NCBI GenBank assembly: GCA_965112155.1
Contig: OZ218110.1
From: Podarcis liolepis
Taxonomy: Eukaryota
Length of the DNA stretch: 64,000 bases
Strand: one strand, 5' to 3'
Shown: piece by piece, positions 1 through 13,137 of the stretch
Layout of the letters: each line of letters opens with the position of its first letter
Numbering within the stretch: the stretch's first letter is position 1
Notes under the pieces: generated by a model
The model's input: the letters and a program-made list of their open reading frames with translations, nothing else
Database searches by the model: none
Told to the model about the DNA's origin: nothing
Program-made: the position numbers and the translations under genes

Positions 1-80
1 AGGCTGTCTCCCAAGGGCTAGGGAAGAAGAAATATGCACCCCGTCAATAACTCTTGGGGTAGCAGCAGGATGTTTGCTAG

Positions 81-333
81 GAGAGCCAGTGTGGTGTAGT
101 GGTTAAGAGCGGTAGTCTCGTAATCTGGGGAACCAGGTTCGCGTCTCCGCTCCTCCACATGCATCTGCTGGGGGACCTTGGGCTAGTCACACTTCTTTGA
201 AGTCTCTCAACCCCACTCACCTCACAGAGTGTTTGTTGTGGGGGAGGAAGGGAAAGGAGAATGTTAGCCGCTTTGAGACTCCTTAAAGGGAGTGAAAGGC
301 GGGATATCAAATCAAACTCTTCTTCTTCTCTTC
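81..333 (+). mobile_element. tRNA-derived SINE, Squam3-type, (CTT)n tail
   Basis: GAGAGCCAGTGTGGTGTAGTGGTTAAGAGC head with A/B-box-like motifs; near-identical copies at 40229 and 47091; CTT tail. Confidence 0.85.
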
Positions 334-1509
334 TAGGAAGGACGAATTCATAGTCATTTTTCCACTACCCTCTTTCCCATGCAAGTCAAGGGAGAGTTCT
401 CTCTCTCCTAGGGAGAAGAAGCTGTATCCCAAAAAATCTAGGGGGGACATCAACAACCTGGGTCCTGACTGAGGTACATTTCCCCCACCCCAGCAATTCC
501 TTGGGATTCATGGTGTTCCCTTTTACACCTCTATGATTCTTACTGCACCCACAATAAAATGGTGAAGTCTGTCTTTGCAGGATAATCACTGTAGCTACCA
601 TTCTGAACTTGGGCAGGCTCCATCTCATCACAAGGGGCAACCATGCCTCGAAGTTATATCCAATTGTAGATAAAACCCATTCAAATAAAGCAGCAAATAA
701 ATCCAATTCAAATAAAACAACATCAAACTTTAAACCCCTGGATGTACCTGCCTATAACCCAGGAGGCTTAATTCGCTTTAGAAGGACAGCTATAGCTGCA
801 AATTTCAATCAATTCTGTGAAAAGCAAGGGAGGAGTTATAGCATTTTTTTTTAATTCCCCATTATAGCGAATAGAAGATGGGAAGACAGAGCTCCACTTT
901 TTAATAGGTCTAATTCAACCCCAAATAACGTGTTGAATTGGAAAGACACAGGGAGACTCTGAAGCAGAGCAGGCTATTTCTCGAAGCTGCAGATACAGAT
1001 AGAAGTCAAATCTTCTGGCTAGTGAACACCATAAATATATAGATAAATAGCACAATGCTGAACCCCATATGGGCACAGCCTGGCACATGGGGAAGTGGGT
1101 GCCAAGATGTTGAATGGAAACTTCTTTCCCTCTCCCAGCCAGTCCTTGGAACAACTTGATGCAAGCAATATTCCTTACACTGAGTTCAATAGGGAGGGAG
1201 ATTTTGATGCCACTGATGCAATAATAGTGTGTTAGCGGTGGATTCATACGGGGCCATCGCTCCACTTGATTGGTGGTTCTGTGGTGCTTCCCCTGTGTTG
1301 CTGCATAATTGTTATCTGGAGGGGGCACTCTTGCACATTAGCGTCAAAAAGGTGGGGCACAAATAACAACAACAGCCCCAGAACATTTGTGGTATAAAAA
1401 GTCATGGGATTTTAGTAGGTCATTGCAAGGCACGTACTTACTGGGAACAAAGCAGTGCTCCCACTCCAAAACCTTGCCAGGTACAACAGGGTACTGAAAG
1501 TGGGAATGC

Positions 1510-1992
1510 TGTCACGATAGGTCAGGTGTGCGTGCAGGAGCCAGGCCCTGTGACCAGTACGGCTTCGCAGGACTGGGGCCTTCCTAAGTTTGTTCTGAAG
1601 AGGCAAGGCACAGCCTCACAGGTGAGGCCGATTGGTAACTCACAGCACCTGGTGGCAAGAGCTGGGAAGGGATATAAGGTCAGCATTTCCCTTCGGCTCT
1701 TTGCCACAGCAACACGCTTCCTGCCTTGCTGTGTTTGGCTTCTTGCTTCCTGATCCTTGAACCTCGGCTACTTGACTCCTTGCTTCTTGATCCTCAGACC
1801 CCTGACTTTGTGACTCTTTGCTTCCTGACCCTCAGACCCTTGGCATCTTGACTCCTGGCTCTCTGACCCTCAGACTCTTGGCTCCTGACTCCTGGATTCT
1901 GGACCCCCATTCCTGCTCCTACCCCGCCATCTTGCCCCCGGTCCTGACGTCCCCTGCTGGGACTTCGATAGCCCGTGAACCGGACCGTGACA
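1510..1992 (+). mobile_element. solo LTR-like element (probably Gypsy/ERV)
   Basis: TGTCACG...CGTGACA perfect 7-bp terminal inverted ends, ATTGG at 1631, GATATAAG at 1671, internal degenerate GACCCTCAGAC repeats; no TSD visible. Confidence 0.6.
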
Positions 1993-2675
1993 CGATAACG
2001 TCATGCGCACAGTTCATCCTGAACGTCCAATGGAAAGAGTCCCCTCAAGCTTAAAGTGAGAACCTTGATGATGTGAAACTGGGAGAAAGGACACTTTGCA
2101 AACAGCTTGTCTCCTGAACACCCCATGGAACTTGAGCACAACGTCAACATGACTCTTCTCAGAGCTTTCACACATACCTCACCTTAGGACTCAGTCAAAA
2201 ACACCCAACAGCATCCGCCACCCCACTCCAACAGCTGGCCAGTGGAGACAAGGCCAGCACACCTCGTGCAGATAACTAAGGTAAGAGAGCAGCCATACTA
2301 CGAATCAGGACCACAGAGACACTTTCATGGGATTTCATCCACTCTCCCAGCTTTGCTACATGTAAATAACAATAGTCTTGTCTGAGCTGCAGTGCTCTAC
2401 AATGGGAGGTGTTCCCCTCCTCCACCATGCAAATTGCAGACATTGGTTCTCCATCTGGATCAGGGCCATAGCAATGTGGGGAGGATGAAGCCCCTGCTAC
2501 TTCCCACCACTAGCACCACAATTCGGATCAGTGTCCCTGTGCCTGCAATTTATGTAAAAACACCCTGCCTTTAGATGCAGCTATGTAGCTAATGGAATGT
2601 TTGGTTTCCCCTTTTTGTTACTATACTATTTATGACAGTCCCTCCAATTGTGCCCTTAGCCTCATCTTCCCCTGC

Positions 2676-2676
<1 letters not shown>

Positions 2677-2724
<48 letters not shown>
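2677..2724. repeat. (AC)24 microsatellite
   Basis: direct inspection. Confidence 0.97.
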
Positions 2725-2726
<2 letters not shown>

Positions 2727-3820
2727 AGCTTCAGACCTAGCTGCAGGATCCATTCTACCCTGTTTTCAAGTTTATTGGACTCTGCCACTTCACCCCAAAG
2801 CTTGTTGGCACTGTTTGCACAATCACTCTCTAGTGTGACTAGTCTTTGACAAAGGCGTTCTGGCATAGTAATTGCAAATATCCACTTGGGAATGCGCACT
2901 GTCCTCTTGGAAGGAGGGGGGAGGAGAATGCTCACAACAGGAGTCACAGGACAGGGAAATGGACCTGGCATTTGATGTACAGCCTCCCCAGTGATAAAAC
3001 GAGGGCTGCTTCCCAAGCTGTGTTTTTAATGCCCTTCATAAAAAAGAGAGGGGAAATTCCACTGCACTGGAAACAACTCTTGCAAGCAAAAACAGGACCC
3101 AGGGAGCTGGGAGCCTGAAAAGTGAAACTGCACTGTACATGTGAGGAATGAATAGGAGTTGGTAGCAATGAAGGCGGAATCCAATTTAAACAGATTTATA
3201 CACTGAATTTGATGGTTCTGACCCAATGAAGTGTCTGCTTATGTCTGAGTCACCCATGCGCTGTATTAAAGCATTGATCCACATGCATAATTTTATAAAT
3301 ATGAATACGTAAGTATTTTTATACCATTGCATGTAACATGCATGCATCTGGTTCCTTTAGGAAACCTGGATCATATACATATATAGTATGTGTTTAATAT
3401 GTTCTTTAAAAATGCATTTTAACAGAACCTGCTAAAAATTAACCCACTTCTTCTTGAGATCAAGGAGCAAGGTAGGAATTGGGGGGGGGGGCAACAACCC
3501 TGTGCATATACACTCAACATGAAGAGTTTCAGAAAATTTCATCCTTAATCACTGGTTTTGGTTTCGCCTTCATCAACTAGGTTTAATAGCTAGTTTCACA
3601 AGTTCTGGTGCAACAGCAGAGGGCAACCTTCCTGCCTCATGTGAAGATAGTGTGAGACCTAAAAGTCTCCTATCCCACACCTACCCATACACATAACGTT
3701 AATTTTGATTACATCATTTGGCCACAATCCCACTTCAAATTCTGGATCCAGAAAAGCCTCATAAAGCACCGCCAAAAATATAATGAAATGCTTGTTATCT
3801 CTCTGGGAGACTGGAGCTAT

Positions 3821-3912
3821 CTTGCATCTGATGAAGTGGACTCCTTAGTCCATAAAAGCTTACGCACCCACCATAAATCTGCTCATGTTTGTAATGTTGC
3901 ACAAGGTTCTTT
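3821..3912 (+). mobile_element. Penelope-like element remnant with degenerate minimal type-I hammerhead ribozyme
   Basis: CTGATGA (3828-3834), 7-bp stem GTGGACT/AGTCCAT, AAAAGCTTA (GAAA mutated), followed by a tail resembling reptile Penelope ends (from recall). Confidence 0.6.
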
Positions 3913-5504
3913 ACTGATTCCCCCCACCCCCGCAGCAACCTAAGATGTCTACTCTATGTAGAGTAGTATCAGACACTCATTTGTGGCCAGGGTGTGGAGG
4001 AGGAAAATAACCGTGAGCACTGTCCTGTCTAGGGCACACCAGATTTCTCAAGCATCCTCTCTGTCCACCACCATTGACACTTTTTAGCGTTCTAAACTGA
4101 GATTCCCAAAGAATAGTCCATTTCAGGACCCTGGAGAGCAACACATTTGCCAACTTAAAACACAGCTAGGTTGCTCTTTTTCTCAGTTCTGATCCAAACT
4201 GGGGGATTTTTTGGGAGGGGGGGTGGACACACGTCAAAATGCAGTGTTTCTTAAGAAATAACAGGAAATATATGGGTTATGGCTAATATAAAGGGAATGT
4301 ACACAGAGCCTTCCTCAAAAGTCTTTCCCAGATAAATGTCCTTTCTTTTTCTTTTTTTGCTGTGATAGCTACCTAACATGCAATTGTTCCACATAGGTTA
4401 AATGATATCCCAGCTTCCTGTACAAGGGCAAGGGTAACTTTTTAATGTGTGGTGGGGAAGGCAGTACTTTTTTTAAAAAAAGTAGATTGTGTATACCAAA
4501 ACCACAAAAAATTAAGGAATTAAAAAGAAAATAGGGTGTCAAGTGTTCAAAATTATTCTGATAGGTAGAAGGGGGTGTCTTCCTTTAGGTGATGTCATGA
4601 ACACCTTAAGTACTTCCTGTGCACTTTCTTCATGACATGCACAATCTCTGAACCTTTTCCAACTCTGAAGTCATTTTTGAAAGACAGATAGAGTGGCAGA
4701 AAAGGAGATTGTGACCTCGGCAAAGCCCTTAAAAATCACCACCACCACCACCACCACCACCCTCTCCTTCTCTCCTTCTCCTCTCTCAGCTATTTTTTCC
4801 TATTTTATATTTTGAGGTTGGCTGAATTCAGCATGATGCAATGAGGTTTGGGGCATTGGTTTCCCTCTGCTCGTATCTTAAAGACTCGAGGAGGATAGTA
4901 TGGCATGAAAGTGGCCTCAGGCAGTGCCTCTTTGTAATATCTGAACTCCCCCAATTTGCCACTGTGTGTAAAATTTACTGGTCTGGTAAAAAAGACCTGT
5001 CTACCCACCCAGGCAGCCATTAGCTTGGACCTGCAAATGAACAAAGGGAGGGAGGACAACTATTGACGAAACCTCCAGACCTGCAAAGCCAGCCCTGTGA
5101 GTCAAGATGTTTTGCAACATTGAACAACAGCTAGAGCCAAATAAAAATCCATACCAGACATCAGGAGGGCCCAGAGAATGGTGCGAAGGCTCGTGATAAG
5201 ACTGAAGGTAAACTAATCTGGTCCTGCCAGCTGCATGGATGTGGGGACTGTACAGGAGCCAGATGTATAATGCTCTGAGCCAAAAACATGTGGTAAATAA
5301 GAAACTAATTGCAAATAGAAAATAAATAATAAATGTTAATAGCAAATAAGATGTGCCACAACAGGCATGAATGCTGTTATGTGCAATGTAAACATAAGAA
5401 GAGCCAGCAGGATCAGGTATATGGCCCATCTAGTCCAGCAACCTGTTCTAACATGTGAAGCAATAGGAAAGATTGTGCATCCAAGCATGTGCAGAGTGCA
5501 TTAG

Positions 5505-5735
5505 GCTACCACCAGGTAACATGAGAACAGACCTTTTCTGCTATGGTTCCCCGCTTGTGGAATGCTCTCCCCAAAGAGGTTCGGCTGACGCCTTCATTAT
5601 CCACCTTTAGGTGCCAGGCAAAAACATTTATGTATTTTGTGGTTTTTATATTGTAATTTTATGTTGTAAACTGCCCTGAGATCTATGGATGAAGGGTGGC
5701 ATAAATTTAACAGACAATAATATAAAAACAACAAC
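5505..5735 (+). mobile_element. L2 LINE 3' fragment
   Basis: TGTGGAATGCTCTCCC...TGTAAACTGCCCTGAG...GAAGGGTGGCATAAAT, typical L2 3' end. Confidence 0.6.
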
Positions 5736-8700
5736 AGCAAGAGGTCAGAGAGTAAAGTTTCCCAGCTGGCTTGAGCCCCAACAAATCAAGGTAGATAATT
5801 GAAATATTGAAAATAAACCTCAGCAGCAATCCGCATCACACATGAAACAGGAAACTACTAGTTTGTAGTCCAACAATTTGGCTACAGGGAATTTTCATTG
5901 CTAGCCTGAAATTGGGCAATCTGTTATTCCCTGGAAGTAAAAGAAAAAGCTACCAACTGAGTCTTCCTGGGGAGAGGGAAATGTGGGGATTTGGAGGGTC
6001 TTGTTGTGGTTTGTCATTATTTTCTCTGCCTTGTGCTTCTGCCATGCCATTCAGATTGCCTAAATAAAACTGTTCCACACACCACAGTCACTGATGGGCC
6101 TTCACACAGTCACTCAACTGCTAATGCAGCCTAGCAGGGCTGTGACCTGGGAGAGCTGGACTGTCAAAATCCACTACAAGGAAGACAAATGGTCTAAAAA
6201 GATAGTGGAAGTAACCAAGGCGACCTATTGCATGCTTAAAACACCCCCTTTCCCCTTAAAATCCCCCCCCAAGACCGTCCTTCCTGCAACCCCAATGGCT
6301 TATAGTGGTGCTGAGCTACTCACAGTGATTCGGTTTGTAGAGATCATTTTGAACTGTTAGCTTAACTACTCCAGAGTGTTTGCAATCAAGCCCGATGAAA
6401 ATTTGGTTCACACCTTCGGTTGTAATTATGACGTGAGAAATTCATTCTGTATTAATGCCTCCTAATTACTGCTGGTACAATGGGCTGAGCCATTGAATTG
6501 ATGCTGATAGATCTCTATGTAACACATCTAGTCAGCTCTCCGGGTGCCATTCAGAATGCAGGAGTGAGGCACATCCCTTGGCTAGAGATCTCGCAAGTGA
6601 GGTTAGAATGTCCTTGCTGGCGACAGTTTTGTACCGCAGAAACTATTGTGAATCACAGGGATGCAACTGTACCTTTGAGATCACCTACACAAATCTGCAT
6701 CTGTAAAGCACATAATCCCACACAAGCCAACCTAGGCCCCCGCTTTTTAATAGTCACTTGAAGATTATCTCACATAAAGCTGCCTGTGGTTCTAGGCAAG
6801 GGACAAATTAATCAAAGGACTGGACTATAGTTTTACTACCCACATACTCTTTAAATAACAACTTGCACTAGTATAATGTCATTTTAACACTATGACAAGC
6901 TGCATTTTGCAACCTCTAGCAAATGTGCAAATCACATGTGTACATTCTAGTTTGGAAAGGCAAAAAAACCTACCAAGGGAACTGAAATCCCATTTTCTAA
7001 CTGCATGAAATCTCACCTCACCTTTCCCTTCATAAATTCCACCAGCCATTGTCTGCATTTTTAAAAAGCCTCCCAGCCATCGAGGGAGAAGATGACCTTT
7101 CCTTTAATTGTTTAGGAAGCAGTTAATGATTTTTTTTTTTTTTTTTTTTTTTTGCATTAGGCACTAATGACTTGGAAGATTTTTCTTCAACAGCTTTTGA
7201 TGGCTGGTGGTTCCTAGGTATGACACGCCCAACCTCCCTGAGTACAGGCTGGGGAGAAGTGGTCCAGCTGTTGGACTCTGGCCAGGGAAGGAGACAAGTG
7301 TTTTACAGCTGGAGGCAGCAATATTATGATTTTTTTTAAGGGAACAGATGATGATCGCCATCATGATATCTTCACATCCATGAACACAAGAAGCTTGCGT
7401 TTAAAAGTAGATAGTAAAGTGTTGTTCTAAGGGTGCTGATTTCTGGGCCCAGCACATGCCTGGTCCAAATACAGAATCCATACAGGCTTTTGGAAAATGC
7501 CCAGCAGGGTCGATGGCATGATCAAAGTCTCCCTCCTCCATCCCACTCTCGGCTCAATCTGCCGTATGCTGTGCCAAGGAATCCAGAGTTAAGCATGACA
7601 AATGGACTGATTTTCCTCATCCTTGGGAGTGTTTTATTTTGCCTCTGCCACCTCTGACAAGTTGCATTTTGCTATAAATCCCCTCAATTAGGCTCCAAAA
7701 CAGCTCCGCAGTCATTTCCCTGATGTATGGCGATGGAATTAGCTTAATGTCCCTGGCAACCAATTCCTTGACTAAAAATAGTTCTCGAGTGCTTCTTTCC
7801 CTACCCCCCACATATCTCTTGCCCCCCTCCCGTCGCCAATATTTCACACAAAAAATTGTCATTGAAGACCTCTTCCACCCAATGAGGAACTGGGAAGGAC
7901 TGGGAAGGTGCTTCTTGCCGTTGTGCTGCAGGTACCAGATTTAAGGAGCTGAAAGGAAGCGATGGAACTAATCCTTGGCCAAGGAAGGAGTGCCAACCAA
8001 ACTGGAGGTGTCCAAGCAAGATCAATTCCTGCTCTTTTGCAGTGGAGGCTGGTTCACTGAGGCCAATGGGCCACTGCCTCCCTCCCCTCAAGCTGCCCCC
8101 ACCTGCCTACCTTCTTCATTACAACCAATCAGCTGGGGGGCTCTGCCTGCCATTGACTCTGGCTCCCCCTAGTGTTGGTCTCCCTGACTTCTACCCTACC
8201 AGCCCCTAATGGGCACCAACCACCGGTGACCTTTTTCTAAAACCAATGAGCAAATGAGGATAGGAAGGTATGACAGACCAGTCTCCTGCCTGCCTCATTA
8301 CTACTGCTTCACGTCGCTCAATTCCCCCAAGTGATAGGAAGTTTCAGGCGCAGCATTTTGCAAGGGAGGAGGGGTTCTGTGGGAAGTAAGAGGACTAAAG
8401 AGATGCATGCTTTTTTTCAGAATATCTGCTGATCTACAGCGTGTGGGGGCAGGTACGCAACCAGACAGTGCCAGACATTTAAAGTGGCATCAGTCATTGT
8501 CCCCCAAGAGAAACAGCATGCACACACAGCTGGAGCACACACACCAGAGAAACAGGCTTTTGCTTTTGCAACCTTCCAACTCCGAAATTGCTCAGGTCCA
8601 CGCTTTGATCTCACCCCCCCACCACCACCCCAGACACACTTTTGTAGGTAGGCATGAGCATTCCTGGTTCTACAAATATCAACTGGCCAATTTGCAATCA

Positions 8701-9232
8701 AAGAAGCTATACAAAAGCCTAGAGACGATGTCATCCCAGAACCACATACGAGCTTTTCAGTGGTGTTGTTACATGCATGATCTGCATGCCATGAGAGGGC
8801 TTTGCTGACTGGGATCCAGCTCCAATTTTAAGACTGTACCGCTCTACAGAAATCACTTGCCTGTCCATTTTGTTCCACTTAGATAGCATCGTGTTACAAA
8901 CAAATGTGCCATCTTTTCTCCCCAAAGAGTGTTAGGAGAATGGCGAGGAAAGTAGGAACAGAGCTGGGGCTACCAAGGGACAAGGGGAACATAAATTAAT
9001 TCAAATACACAGGCTCCTGGTCTGCTTCTGTTTCACATCTTCATTGTAAAACAAAGACTGCAATTAGGCAACAGCTTCTCAGGAGAGTGGAGGTGGTATG
9101 ATGGAGGCACAATTACATGTGGCTTGTACACAACCCCTACTGTTTGCTTCTTTTGTTGCAAAATGAATACATCGTTACGTATATGTGCTACAAATAATAC
9201 TTCACAACTATCCAAAATTTTGATATCATAAC

Positions 9233-9703
9233 TGTCAGGAGCCCAGGCTGCCATCTTGATAACGCAGCACACAAGTCGTAATTAGCTTGAAGATTTATTG
9301 CAAAACAAACAATCAGTCTCGGACGCTCTATCGGAGCTTCCATACCTTACGATTCAGTTGACCCTTCTGAGGAGCACTTCCTGGTTCTGCAGAATATCCT
9401 GAACCTATAACCCTTACGTTTCTGGGTTTGTTTCCTGTCTAATACCTTTCCCATACGTCTATTCCTTGGACTCAGGGGATTAATAGCCTCCTCTTCCAGT
9501 GAGGAAATGCTACCCCTCCTGCTTTCCAAGCCTGCCTATGCTTCTTGAGCGAGTTGGCTTCTCTCCATCTCGCTCTCTGCTAACGTCTTATCAACATCCC
9601 AATGTCAGGGGGAGGGGGAGTAGACAGCCGACTGCTCTCAGCTGTCTGACTGCTTTCTAACTCATGCTATGCTTCTCTACTTGGGGCAGATGTGTTCATG
9701 ACA
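9233..9703 (-). mobile_element. solo LTR (471 bp) with 5-bp TSD
   Basis: TGTCA...TGACA termini; ATAAC duplicated at 9228-9232 and 9704-9708; AATAAA on the minus strand near 9295. Confidence 0.85.
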
Positions 9704-10092
9704 ATAACCTTTTCAAGGGATCCAGAATGGTTTGTCCTACACCAGGGAAACCTGTAGCCCTCCTGTTGTTATTGGTATTCCATTTCCCAGCAGCCCCAGC
9801 CAGCAAGCCCAATGGCCAGGGATGATGGGAGTTGTAGTCCCAACGTCTGGTGGAGGACCAGACGGTTCCCACAACTATCGTTTACATTCATTTATTTAGT
9901 TCTGTTGTTGTCTCTGAGCAAGCTAAGCAGTCTTGCAGATACCTGAAGGACCGCACAACCCTGAACATTCCATTTATCAGCAACAATAGTGGGATGAGTT
10001 GGTAAATCACACACATTGTGTCTGTCATACCTTCAGCATTCTCTCTGGGGGAGGACTTTTGCACAGTCTCTATCACACTTTTAAGGGTGTTG

Positions 10093-10314
10093 TGGACCCA
10101 TTAGACCTCCTTTGATTCCCCCTTGTCCGTGCGGCGTTCTCCTCCAACTACTACTGACATTCTGCTCCCTAAATCCAGATGTTTCCCATCCTTTGAAAAC
10201 CCAAATAGCAGAGCTAAAACTCCAGATTTAGGGAGGAGAAAGTGTGGGGACAGCAGTAGTTGGAGAACGCAACATGGACGAGGGGGGGGGATCGAAGGAG
10301 GCCCAAGAGGTTCA
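10093..10314. repeat. imperfect foldback element, probably an old MITE
   Basis: 10093-10175 is roughly the reverse complement of 10225-10314 (CTCCCTAAATC/GATTTAGGGAG; CTCCAACTACT/AGTAGTTGGAG). Confidence 0.65.
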
Positions 10315-10674
10315 TGATCCACATTGAACTGAGTCTGATCAGGCCCTAACACACTGTCCTGCAGAGTGCTTGAAAGGGGCTCAGCAAGACTCAACAATCT
10401 GCTGATCGCCAGGGCTTGCTAAACCCCGGCCAAGTGTTCTCTTCTGCAGCTCTTGCAAGGAGCTTTGCAAGCTGGTGGTTGGGTTTTGCCAAGGCCTCTT
10501 GCAAAGCCCCAGGCACAGTGCTTTGCATGGCTAGGGCTTGGCATGTGCTACCCACCAGCTGACCCGTGGATGCCTGCAAATGCCTCTTTAGCTGAGCCCC
10601 ACACATTGATGTCATATATGATGTGGGGTGTGGAGCAGCTGGGTGTGGTTTCAGTGAAATGGCTTTGCAAGCCT

Positions 10675-10822
10675 GCGGGATAGCTCAGTCAGTAGAGCAT
10701 GAGACTCTTGATCTCAGGGTCATGGGTTCGAGCCCCACATTGGGCAAAAGATTCCTGCATTGAAGGGGGTTGGACTAGATGACCCTTAGGATCCCTTCCA
10801 ACTTTACAATTCTATGATTCTA
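10675..10822 (+). mobile_element. SINE with tRNA-Lys(CTT)-like head and CR1-derived tail
   Basis: TAGCTCAGTCAGTAGAGCATGAGACTCTTGATCTCAGGGTCATGGGTTCGAGCCCCAC then TTGGACTAGATGACC...TTCTATGATTCTA. Confidence 0.85.
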
Positions 10823-11518
10823 GGACACCAAATGGAGAAGCCTGGCAGGGCCTAAACTGGGCCCATGGGCTGGGGATTCCCCACATCTGCTCTAAGATAA
10901 AGCTTGCCATCTGTCTCATTTCCTAGAGAAAGGAATGGACAGCACATTCCTAAAATCCACAGACAGTACAAAACTGAGAGGATTTAGTGACCACTTTAGA
11001 GGACAGGAGCAAAAAAAAAATCCCAAGGCAACTTGACACACTTGAAGAGCTGGGCTGACAACTTTAAAATAAAACTGCAAGAGGGTAAATGCACACTTCT
11101 GCTCAAGGTGAGGACCAAAACGAGGCTCCAAAAGCCAACTGGCTGGGCAGAACCGGTGCTGAAAATTGAAAGGGGGCTGAGCATGAGCTGAGCATGTGAT
11201 GCTGTAGCAAAAAGGGGGCCTTTTGGTTCAAATTAGTAAATGCAAAAATATCCAACTCTTAGGAGGTAATTTCAGCTCCACACTTAGTAGCTCCAAGAGC
11301 ACGTTTCATATGTGAAGCTTAAATATGGCCGTGGGCCTTTCTTACGCTATTTACAAGGATGTTTGATCATGTTAATGTGGAAAGAGAGGCTTCTGCAGTG
11401 CAAAGCAAAAGAGGATCGTATTGCAAAGTGAATGAGGCAAGACCCTCTTTCCTTTAAGCTTCACATGCAAAAAGAATCTACAACCAGACTCCCACCCTGG
11501 GAGTCCTCTGTTCAGTTT

Positions 11519-11882
11519 AAAGGTAAAGGTAAAGGGACCCCTGACCATTAGGTCCAGTCGTGGCCGACTCTGGGGTTGCGGCGCTCATCTCACTTTATTG
11601 GCTGAGGGAGGTGGCATACAGCTTCCAGGTCATGTGGCCAGCATGACTAAGCTGCTTCTGGCGAACCAGAGCAGCGCACGGAAACGGCGTTTACCTTCCC
11701 GCCGGAGCAGTACCTATTTATCTACTTGCACTTTGACGTGCTTTTGAACTGCTAGGTTGGCAGGAGCAGGGACTGAGCAATGGGAGCTCACCCCGTCGCA
11801 GGGATTCGAACCGCCAACCTTCTGATCAGCAAGTCCTAGGCTCTGTGGTTTAACCCACAGCACCACCCGTGTCCCATCCGTG
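11519..11882 (-). mobile_element. Sauria SINE (Squam1), full length
   Basis: (ACCTTT)n tail on the minus strand, tRNA-like head; TSD TCTGTTCAGTTT at 11507-11518 and 11883-11894. Confidence 0.92.
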
Positions 11883-13137
11883 TCTGTTCAGTTTGGGGGG
11901 CCCTAATTTAAGGAGAATGTTGTGAAACTGGGAAGAGGAGTTGCAAGGAGATCTACAAGAGACTTGGAGACAAGCCCTATGAGGAAAGGCTTGAAGCAGA
12001 AAATTGCAATCTGTGTGACAGGGCACAATAACGCACTGTAAGAGAACTGCTAATGTGCTTGCAAAACGAACTATTTCAATCATATACTGTGGGGATCAAA
12101 GTAGCCATTGCCCATTGCCTCTTTGCATGTTTATGTACTCTGAACTTCCTTCCTTCCAATCTTGAGCATGCTCAGATCAGTGACTCGTGCAGAAACACAG
12201 AGGGCATACTCCTATGAAGGTACATAGCGTTCGATTTTACAAACTAAGCCCTTTCATTCGTGGAGGGGGAAACACACCTCGTTTATCAGACGTTGGGGAA
12301 ACACTGGCTTCGGTGTGTGTTCAGTCGGGGGGGGGGGAGTAGGTTCAGGATGTGGGTGACAACTAAAAGTGTGTCCCAAAGTGGAGAGAAATTATTAATG
12401 CACCTTATCCTCTAAGACAGGGGAAGGGAGACCTGTAGTCCTTCAGATGTTGCTCGATTCTAACTCACAGCCAGCATGGCCAATAACCAGAGATGGTGGA
12501 AATTCTAAAGCACCTTTTAAATGCAATGCTATTCATGTGAAACAGCTAGATAGGCAAGTGCTTTCCCTATTATTTCCCACTTCCACTCGAAGAACTTGTC
12601 AGAGAGCAGCAGCTTCAAATTATAGGACTGTAGATTTAAGCCAAATGCCAGGAGAAATTTCTTAATAGGGCAGTTCAGCAGTGAATTGATGGCCTTTGAA
12701 GCATCTGGAACCTCCTCTTGAAGGTCTTCTATGGGAAGGTCAAACCATTAGGCAGAGTGTGAAGTAGCCTTAGATGGCAGGTGTTGGGCACCATTAAAAC
12801 GCACCACGCATTGATGTAATTATGATTTTCTTTTTTTAATAGAGACTGTGTGGCTTTAGTCTCAGGTTGGGTTTGAGATCCTACGTTTAATCTTGGATGG
12901 TTCATCAGGGATCTTGCCCCAGAGCAGAAAACTGGAACTCGGTGGCCAGCTGAGACTTGGTTCATCTCAAGGCAGATAGGCTGATTTTATTGCACTGGCA
13001 ACAAGTCCTTCTCTCCCCTTTCGTTATTCTAATTCTGTAGTGCTTCAAGACTGCACTCTGTTTACATCACACACACAAAGACAGGCCCATCAGAGAGAAG
13101 CAATGGGGTTGAGTGGCTATGATATTATTATTATTAG

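Noticed and set aside
1750-1900. CRISPR-like repeat-spacer pattern
   Set aside because: Degenerate, irregular short repeats inside an LTR-like element in a vertebrate genome; no constant repeat or cas genes
2188-2280. 93-nt open, exon-like segment (TAG...AAG|GTAAGA)
   Set aside because: No recognisable protein similarity, an in-frame stop directly upstream and no partner exons
10675-10748. tRNA-Lys gene (also the tRNA-Ile-like sequence at 22044)
   Set aside because: Stems are mutated, there is no T-run terminator, and both are fused to a CR1-type tail, so they are SINE heads
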